Under the pieces are notes generated by a model that was not told where the DNA came from, made no database searches, and worked only from the letters and a program-made list of their open reading frames with translations. The position numbers were made by a program, and so were the translations under genes. Of a stretch of DNA of 37,212 nt, positions 8,266 through 14,375 are shown one piece after another. Source of the DNA: a virus (taxonomy: Duplodnaviria > Caudoviricetes); IMG/VR virus record IMGVR_UViG_3300030109_000534, positions 1-37,212 of that record. The stretch is one strand, 5' to 3'. Every line of letters starts with the position of its first letter. Position 1 is the stretch's first letter.

Positions 8266-9156
8266 ATGGAACTTACTAATACACAAAAGCTGCCACAAGC
8301 TATTGTACGTGCAGTAGCTAACGATCCTTACGACTCACAAGGTAGCGACATATCTGCTACAAGATTACTAAAACCACCACGTATCAGAGCATTGGAACAA
8401 AGGTTTTGGGAAGTATTGCAAGAGGATGTGTCTGATCGGATATGGAGTTTGCTAGGACAGTCTGTCCATCACATTATTGAACGTGCTTCTGAAAACACAG
8501 AGGACATAACAGAGCGTAGGGTGTTTGTTAATAACGAGATAACAAATGGTTGGAAACTATCTGGCACATTTGATTACTTGTCAAAAGACGGACAACTTAT
8601 TGACTTCAAAGTTACCTCTGCATGGTCTGCTATGGATGCGCTAACCACTGGTAAAACAGAATGGGAGGCGCAACTAAACATACTAGACTGGCTAATCAGA
8701 AACACAGATGACAAGATTAAGATCAAAGTAAAATCATTACAGATCATGGCTATACTACGTGATTGGAGTAAATTGAAATCAATGACTTCTGAAAACTATC
8801 CAAAGCAACAAAGTGTTATGATACCCATAAAACGTTGGAAACCAGAAGAGCAAGACGCTTACATCAAAGAACGTATACGTTTACATCAGCAAGCAGAAAG
8901 TCAAGAAGAACCACCTGTTTGTACTCCAAAAGAACGCTGGCGTAAAGACGATCAGTATGCTGTTATGAAAGATGGCAGGAAGTCAGCTGTTAGATTGTTG
9001 CCTACATTAGAAGAGGCTAAAGAATACATGGCCAACAATAATATGAAAGAGGGCAAAGGATGTTTGATTGTGCTACGTAAAGGTGAGGACACTCGTTGCG
9101 CTCACTATTGTGCAGTTAACAAGTTTTGTTCACATTGGAATAACACGGAGTTTTAA
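8266..9156 (+). CDS. PD-(D/E)xK (Cas4-like) exonuclease
   Basis: LGQSVH, SGTFD...IDFK, QLN, C-terminal C...RCAHYCAVNKFC. Confidence 0.85.
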   Translation: MELTNTQKLPQAIVRAVANDPYDSQGSDISATRLLKPPRIRALEQRFWEVLQEDVSDRIWSLLGQSVHHIIERASENTEDITERRVFVNNEITNGWKLSGTFDYLSKDGQLIDFKVTSAWSAMDALTTGKTEWEAQLNILDWLIRNTDDKIKIKVKSLQIMAILRDWSKLKSMTSENYPKQQSVMIPIKRWKPEEQDAYIKERIRLHQQAESQEEPPVCTPKERWRKDDQYAVMKDGRKSAVRLLPTLEEAKEYMANNNMKEGKGCLIVLRKGEDTRCAHYCAVNKFCSHWNNTEF

Positions 9157-9374
9157 TGACAGATTTTAAACTTACAAAAGATCCGTTGGTAGCGTCTATA
9201 ATAGAACGCGCAAACGACAGAGCAAACAACGGTATGGTTACATACGGTGATACTATGAAAGATGCTACCAAACGCACAACACATTGGATAGAAGATACCC
9301 AAGAAGAATTGTGGGATGCGATAGTTTATCTTGAAAAACTAAAAGATTTAATTAAGTATGATCCAGATCTTTAG
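9156..9374 (+). CDS. Small all-alpha (MazG-like) putative nucleotide pyrophosphatase
   Basis: G...YG.TM...W..D.QEELWDAIVYLEK acidic motif. Confidence 0.5.
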   Translation: MTDFKLTKDPLVASIIERANDRANNGMVTYGDTMKDATKRTTHWIEDTQEELWDAIVYLEKLKDLIKYDPDL

Positions 9375-9507
9375 GTAAAAAAGTCAACACAAACGCATTG
9401 CAGTTGGGGCATGATAAGTTTGTTTCCATAACATACTCTTCATCCTCTTCTTCAATGTCGTGGTCGCCTCCCCAAATAAGATCATTAGCGCAATACCAAC
9501 ACTTCAT
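9352..9507 (-). CDS. 51-aa Zn-ribbon protein (not in ORF track)
   Basis: MKCWYCANDLIWGGDHDIEEEDEEYVMETNLSCPNCNAFVLTFLPKDLDHT*; ATGA-coupled. Confidence 0.8.
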   Translation of the reverse strand: MKCWYCANDLIWGGDHDIEEEDEEYVMETNLSCPNCNAFVLTFLPKDLDHT

Positions 9508-9656
9508 TTTCTTTTCTTTGCAGTTTTTGCAGCTCTTCTAAAATTAGCTTCTGTTGGAGCGCCTTTAGCACCTTTTTTTCTCATACGTTCTCCACTACCA
9601 GACGCTATTCTTTTACGCTTGGCATGTATGTTTGCGTATAATCCTCTTTTAGCCAT
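9504..9656 (-). CDS. 50-aa basic protein (not in ORF track)
   Basis: MAKRGLYANIHAKRKRIASGSGERMRKKGAKGAPTEANFRRAAKTAKKRK*; TAATG-coupled. Confidence 0.85.
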   Translation of the reverse strand: MAKRGLYANIHAKRKRIASGSGERMRKKGAKGAPTEANFRRAAKTAKKRK

Positions 9657-9784
9657 TACTTTTTCTTCGATTTCATAATTGCTTTTTTAAGTGCTGGTGG
9701 TAATGTTTTTTGTTTTTTAGTCATACCACCTTTTTTTGCTGGCCTACCTCTTTTTGAGCCATAAGTTCCTTTACCCATAGGCAT
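9656..9784 (-). CDS. 42-aa Lys-rich protein with AT-hook-like KRGRP (not in ORF track)
   Basis: AAGGAGG SD; MPMGKGTYGSKRGRPAKKGGMTKKQKTLPPALKKAIMKSKKK*. Confidence 0.85.
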   Translation of the reverse strand: MPMGKGTYGSKRGRPAKKGGMTKKQKTLPPALKKAIMKSKKK

Positions 9785-9798
9785 GTTAACTGTCCTCC

Positions 9799-9850
9799 TT
9801 GTTATTAGTTACGAACAGTGTTATTATAACATAAATTGCGAGGAGGGCAA
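9799..9850. promoter_or_regulatory. Bidirectional promoter with overlapping extended -10 elements
   Basis: near-palindrome TGTTATTATAACA 9819-9831; + TTGTTA-17-TATTAT; - TTGCCC-16-TATAAT. Confidence 0.55.
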
Positions 9851-9851
9851 T

Positions 9852-10550
9852 ATGAATAGATGCGTGCTAGTAATTTCAGATTTGCATATTCCTTACCATC
9901 ATAAGGATAGCTTTGATTTTTTACGAGAAATAAAAAAACAATTTAAACCAGATTTTGTAGTCAATATAGGCGACCTGCTTGATTTTCATGCTATAAGTTT
10001 TCATGAACACAACCCAGATCTACCGTCTATAGGAGATGAGCTTACAGTATCTAAAAATTACATTAAAGAATTAGAATCAATATTTCCAAATGTAACAGAA
10101 GTCCACAGTAACCATAGCTCTTTAGTTTATAGGAGAGCTATCAAATATGGTATGTCAGCACAGTTCTTGCGACCATACGGTGAGTTTCTTGGCACAAAAA
10201 AATGGCAGTGGGTAGACGATTTAAAATTACAAATGTGTAATGGTAAGAGTGTATATTTTACGCATGGCAGATCAGCAGATGTGCTAAAAGTATCACAAAC
10301 TATGGCTATGAATTGTGTGCAAGGACACTACCATACAAAGTTTAGTATTGGATACTGGGCCAACCCAGATGATTTGTACTGGGGTATGCAAGTAGGCTGT
10401 TTAATAAATCAAAAGTCTATGGCATTTAGTTATGCTAAAAATTTTTCCACAAGATTTGTATTAGGATGTGGCATAATTATAGAAGGTATGCCACGGTTAT
10501 TACCAATGGTATTAGATGATGATGGCAACTGGATTCAAACTATAGTTTAA
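9852..10550 (+). CDS. Calcineurin-like metallophosphoesterase
   Basis: SDLH, GDLLD, SNH, THG, GHYH motifs; AGGAGG SD before ATG9852. Confidence 0.9.
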   Translation: MNRCVLVISDLHIPYHHKDSFDFLREIKKQFKPDFVVNIGDLLDFHAISFHEHNPDLPSIGDELTVSKNYIKELESIFPNVTEVHSNHSSLVYRRAIKYGMSAQFLRPYGEFLGTKKWQWVDDLKLQMCNGKSVYFTHGRSADVLKVSQTMAMNCVQGHYHTKFSIGYWANPDDLYWGMQVGCLINQKSMAFSYAKNFSTRFVLGCGIIIEGMPRLLPMVLDDDGNWIQTIV

Positions 10551-10912
10551 CCATTTAATACAAATTCATTAGGCTCAATGAATAATACAGGAATGTGATT
10601 TTCTTTGGCAAAATCTATCTCCGCTAGTACACCAGTGCTAACATCCCAATCATCTATCATTAATACATACATATCCTTGCAGTGTTGCAAGTAAGCACAG
10701 TCGTATTTCATCCACTGTCTAGTAGTTAGATCTATTCTGCCATATTTTTGTATTGTGTGATGTAATGTAACAGGACTGTAAATGTTTATGCCTTGTTTGA
10801 ATAATAACCATGCCTGTCTGGTTATCATACCGTATCTTTGCATCCTGTCGTATTCTGTGCTAATACCACCTAAACTATATGGTGCTGCCAAATAGCTAAT
10901 ATCTACGACCAT
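10547..10912 (-). CDS. DUF1937 / nucleoside 2-deoxyribosyltransferase-like protein
   Basis: YLAAPYS...YSP...W...D...L..C...VL...W..STGVLAEIDFA...IPV. Confidence 0.8.
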   Translation of the reverse strand: MVVDISYLAAPYSLGGISTEYDRMQRYGMITRQAWLLFKQGINIYSPVTLHHTIQKYGRIDLTTRQWMKYDCAYLQHCKDMYVLMIDDWDVSTGVLAEIDFAKENHIPVLFIEPNEFVLNG

Positions 10913-11169
10913 TTAGTTTTGTTTGCCCAATATGCAGCCGACATTGGGCCTCTTGCTATATTTCTAGCATGACGCGCTTTAAATGACTTTGCTCTTGGTG
11001 TCATAGTCTTGTCGCCTGTCTTGCCTTGTTGTCCAAAACGTATTGTTTTTACTTTGTCGCCTTGTTTAGCAACAACCACATGTGATTTTTTTGGGTGGTT
11101 AGGTGTCCTTTTTGGTTTATTGTAACCACTAACACCTGCTCTTGCTAGTCTTGGATCTTTCTTGGCCAT
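10903..11169 (-). CDS. Basic conserved phage protein
   Basis: YNKPKRTPNHPKKSHVV...IRFGQQG...SFKARHA...SAAYWA motif. Confidence 0.85.
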   Translation of the reverse strand: MAKKDPRLARAGVSGYNKPKRTPNHPKKSHVVVAKQGDKVKTIRFGQQGKTGDKTMTPRAKSFKARHARNIARGPMSAAYWANKTKWS

Positions 11170-11173
11170 TTTA

Positions 11174-11317
11174 CTACGCTAAAAATAGAATTAGTCCTAA
11201 AACGGCCAGAGCAACCCACACAACGCGTTTGTATTTTTTGTAACCACAAGCACATTTATCGTACCAAACATCACTGTATGGCAATTTATGGGCGATTTCT
11301 TTTAGTTTTTCTAACAT
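11174..11317 (-). CDS. 47-aa C-terminal TM peptide (not in ORF track)
   Basis: GGAG SD; MLEKLKEIAHKLPYSDVWYDKCACGYKKYKRVVWVALAVLGLILFLA*. Confidence 0.7.
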   Translation of the reverse strand: MLEKLKEIAHKLPYSDVWYDKCACGYKKYKRVVWVALAVLGLILFLA

Positions 11318-11325
11318 CTTTACTC

Positions 11326-11679
11326 CTATCTCATCATTGGATTGCTGTTTTCTAATTTCATCTCTTCTATTTGTGTTTGCATCAAGTCTATTCTAGTTTC
11401 TAATATACCTAGATTGTTTGCAGACACATTTAGGTCATTTTGTATTGTTGTAATACGATCTGTAACAGCTACATAATTGTCGTTAATCTTGTTATTTGTA
11501 TCAGTTAGATCTACTGTTTCATTTATTACATATTGCTTTGATTCAAGGTCTGATACTTTTTCTTCTAGCGTAGATATGCTACCAAGTAATTTGCCATAGG
11601 TAGTAAATCCTGCTCCTATTGCACCCACTACACCGATTAGACTAACTATACCAGCTAGATTATTTTTTAGTTTCTCCAT
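11326..11679 (-). CDS. N-terminal TM plus coiled-coil protein (i-spanin-like topology)
   Basis: hydrophobic aa 8-26, then heptad-rich sequence. Confidence 0.7.
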   Translation of the reverse strand: MEKLKNNLAGIVSLIGVVGAIGAGFTTYGKLLGSISTLEEKVSDLESKQYVINETVDLTDTNNKINDNYVAVTDRITTIQNDLNVSANNLGILETRIDLMQTQIEEMKLENSNPMMR

Positions 11680-12920
11680 TGCATACTCTCTAATTTTTGT
11701 CTTAACTCTTGTTGTCGTTCTAAATTCCCTACAATTAAATTATTATGCACAGTTACTGGATCATTAACGACATAACTAATATTACCATATATTTGTCTGT
11801 CGTCAAAGATTGTAATTTGATCTGGATAAATATTTATTGGTGCATAAAAATTAGCGTCTTGCATTATAGGTTGCTCCTGTAACATAATACTAAATGTAAC
11901 TTGATCTACTTCTATGGCCTTTGCAAAGATTGTTTTGCCTATAGTTATATCACCCTGCTCTGGTTCAGATGTATCTATTTCCTCTGGCATCTCCTCCATG
12001 CTAGGCTCTTCACTTATTTCTTCTGGCTCTTCTTCTATTATCTCATCTGGTAGCTCCTCAATAACTTCCTCTATTATTTCCTCTGGCATCTCTTCTATGA
12101 TCTCTTCTTCCATAATCTCTTCTGGCATTTCTTCTATAATCTCTTCTATGATTTCTTCTGGTAGCTCTTCTAAGATTTCTATCTCTGGCTCGTAGTATTC
12201 TATCTCCTCAAAGAACTCATATACCTCTGGCTCAAATGTCAAAAAATTTTCAATGAAAGGCTCTGGCTCGTCTATAAAGAATAACTCTTGCTCTTCAAAT
12301 ATGTCTATATATTCTTCTTCAAAGTCTTGCAACCATTCCTCAACATCTTGTGTTGTAGTCATATCCAAAACAAATGGATCATAAGTTACAAACAACTCTG
12401 GGTTACGTACATCAGCGGCATAATGATAATTAGGTCGAGCAGGTACAGAAAAACTAAACCTAGCTGTTATATCGTAGTCTGATGCAATATCATTAATGAT
12501 AATAGTGTTGGTAGGAGAATCTTCATATCCACATCCATTCCAATCATTACAAGAACCAGACACTGTAATACTGTTATTATACTCCGTTCCATTTGAATCT
12601 ACTATCTCCTGTGTTAAAGTAACCGACTGATCGTACTGATTCCAGAACCAGTACTCAGCACGCAGTTGTGATTGAGTTACGCCTTGTATCTCGTGAGTTT
12701 CGAGATGATCCGAAAGGGTAATAGTTTGCTCACGATACTCATTATGCACACCAGCCAATACGTTAGGGCCATGAAAATGGTCATTAGTGCCACTCCAATC
12801 ATCATAAAAATTATTAGAAAGTAAGTTATCACTGATGGTTGATGTATTCGCCGCATTGGTAAATCCTACCATTAATAACAATGTAATCGCTAATCCAATA
12901 TACCATTTTTTTTTACTCAT
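11667..12920 (-). CDS. Exported protein with beta-rich domain and Glu-rich repeats
   Basis: signal peptide MSKKKWYIGLAITLLLMVGFTNAA; (EEIIEE(M/L)P)n region. Confidence 0.85.
   Translation of the reverse strand: MSKKKWYIGLAITLLLMVGFTNAANTSTISDNLLSNNFYDDWSGTNDHFHGPNVLAGVHNEYREQTITLSDHLETHEIQGVTQSQLRAEYWFWNQYDQSVTLTQEIVDSNGTEYNNSITVSGSCNDWNGCGYEDSPTNTIIINDIASDYDITARFSFSVPARPNYHYAADVRNPELFVTYDPFVLDMTTTQDVEEWLQDFEEEYIDIFEEQELFFIDEPEPFIENFLTFEPEVYEFFEEIEYYEPEIEILEELPEEIIEEIIEEMPEEIMEEEIIEEMPEEIIEEVIEELPDEIIEEEPEEISEEPSMEEMPEEIDTSEPEQGDITIGKTIFAKAIEVDQVTFSIMLQEQPIMQDANFYAPINIYPDQITIFDDRQIYGNISYVVNDPVTVHNNLIVGNLERQQELRQKLESMQWRN
11960..12340 (-). repeat. Coding tandem repeats (EEIIEEMP-like)
   Basis: repeated TCTTCTATnATnTC / TCTGGCAT units on + strand; boundaries approximate. 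Confidence 0.8.
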
Positions 12921-13131
12921 AAGTTTCTATCTTTATACATTGGTGTCTAATCGTAATCTCAAACTCATTAACACCAGCAGGTTCTATATCTTCATACATT
13001 TTCATACCATCTGCATAAGCAGTTAACATACAAGAATAGTAATCAGCAAACTGTAAACTATGTTCTTCTGCATCAGTACAATCATTAGCAATTAAACTAC
13101 AAAATTGTATCAACAAAATGTACTCTGCCAT
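12913..13131 (-). CDS. Small 4-Cys protein
   Basis: hydrophobic N-terminus, C-x6-C...YYSCM...HQC; coupled ORF. Confidence 0.75.
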   Translation of the reverse strand: MAEYILLIQFCSLIANDCTDAEEHSLQFADYYSCMLTAYADGMKMYEDIEPAGVNEFEITIRHQCIKIETYE

Positions 13132-13763
13132 TATTTACCACTATCATACATAACTTGTTCAGCTTGTATCTTTTCTTTCATTTCTATTCTTAATTTATAT
13201 TCTTCATAATCTGGTCTTAAAATATCGTATTTAGACCACAATCTAGTAGCGTCAGCGCCAATTTGTCCTTCAAATGGACACGGTGTTCCAGCCGCTTCCA
13301 TTGCACTAAATACTCTAGGATCTTGACAGAGTATTGCTATGCCTGCAACTTTCATCTGATGCACAGTCGCTAACTCTCTTGCTAGTTTGATACGCTCACA
13401 CGTTTCGTCAGTATAATTACCACTAGAACTTAATCCAATAAAAGAACTTTGTACTCCTAATGAATGTCCTAAATTACAAACATCTATACCACTTACAGCA
13501 GGACTAGACGTAGCTGTCGGTGGAAAAGATTTGATGTTGCTCGTGTTGTTGGTTGTGGCAGTGCTAGTAGTGTTAGAGCTACTGCCAGACTCATACGTTG
13601 TACTTGAAGAACTGGTGTAGCCTCCTGAAATAATCGTATTATCACCAGAAACATTTGTGTTTTCGTTAGCTTCTACATCAATAACAACAATAGCAAGTGT
13701 CCATACTATTATTACTGCCCATGCTACGTATGCCAGTATCCTATCTAGCTTTGATTGTTTCAT
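13131..13763 (-). CDS. Exported Ser/Thr-rich, 4-Cys conserved phage protein
   Basis: TM/signal ending VEA; DVC...CERIKLAREL...MKVA.IAILCQDPRVF.AM..AGTPCP; start ATG13763 by TAATG overlap. Confidence 0.85.
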   Translation of the reverse strand: MKQSKLDRILAYVAWAVIIVWTLAIVVIDVEANENTNVSGDNTIISGGYTSSSSTTYESGSSSNTTSTATTNNTSNIKSFPPTATSSPAVSGIDVCNLGHSLGVQSSFIGLSSSGNYTDETCERIKLARELATVHQMKVAGIAILCQDPRVFSAMEAAGTPCPFEGQIGADATRLWSKYDILRPDYEEYKLRIEMKEKIQAEQVMYDSGK

Positions 13764-14173
13764 TACTTTTTCCATTTAGTCAGTGTAGATACACCAAATG
13801 ATCCAGCAACTATTGTAAGAATGATATACCAAAATTCTGTAGGTGCATTACCTAATAACTGCCACCCTACTACCATATGTTTTTGTGTGTATGGTGTAAA
13901 ATGAGCTATCAATATTCCAGAAAACACAATAGTTAATAGCTCGTCCTTCCACGATTTTGAGCTGGCCTTTACTTGCTCTTTCATAACAGCCTGTTGTGCT
14001 TTTGCAATAGCTTCTTCTTTTTTTATCTGCGCAAAATCTGTTTGTGCGATAGCTTGTATCTCTGCTTCTCGTACCATCTTCTTCTTCTCCATAGCATGAC
14101 TAGCAGCTCCTATAACCTTATCAGCTACTAGCTTTGTGATTGGATTAGAAAGTAAACCTAAAAATGGTAACAT
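13763..14173 (-). CDS. Probable holin (GTA 3TM-holin-like)
   Basis: amphipathic N-terminus, SWKDE motif, TM segments, GSFG then basic C-terminus. Confidence 0.65.
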   Translation of the reverse strand: MLPFLGLLSNPITKLVADKVIGAASHAMEKKKMVREAEIQAIAQTDFAQIKKEEAIAKAQQAVMKEQVKASSKSWKDELLTIVFSGILIAHFTPYTQKHMVVGWQLLGNAPTEFWYIILTIVAGSFGVSTLTKWKK

Positions 14174-14174
14174 A

Positions 14175-14375
14175 TTATCCTCCGTTAAATATTCTCATAA
14201 GACCTACAATGACAGCAATACAGCCACCTATCCAAGCTACTGCTTTGACTGCTCCTCTACCATAACTCATTTCTAACTGTAAATTGTGTATGTCTGTTGA
14301 ATTTTTTTCTATGTCAGAGTGCATGTGATCTAACTTTTCTGCTAGGTGCTTCATTGTTATTTTAGTATCTGCCAT
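14175..14375 (-). CDS. Coiled-coil plus C-terminal TM protein (XhlA-like topology)
   Basis: heptads then GAVKAVAWIGGCIAVIVGLM. Confidence 0.7.
   Translation of the reverse strand: MADTKITMKHLAEKLDHMHSDIEKNSTDIHNLQLEMSYGRGAVKAVAWIGGCIAVIVGLMRIFNGG

Noticed and set aside
8266-9156. Cas4-like protein as part of a CRISPR system
   Set aside because: No repeat-spacer array or other cas genes; solo PD-(D/E)xK nucleases are common in phages.
9460-9678. + strand 72-aa hydrophobic ORF
   Set aside because: Antisense shadow of coupled Lys-rich - strand genes that have an SD.
11914-12195. Ser/Ile-rich + strand ORF
   Set aside because: Reverse complement of the Glu-rich repeat; no SD.
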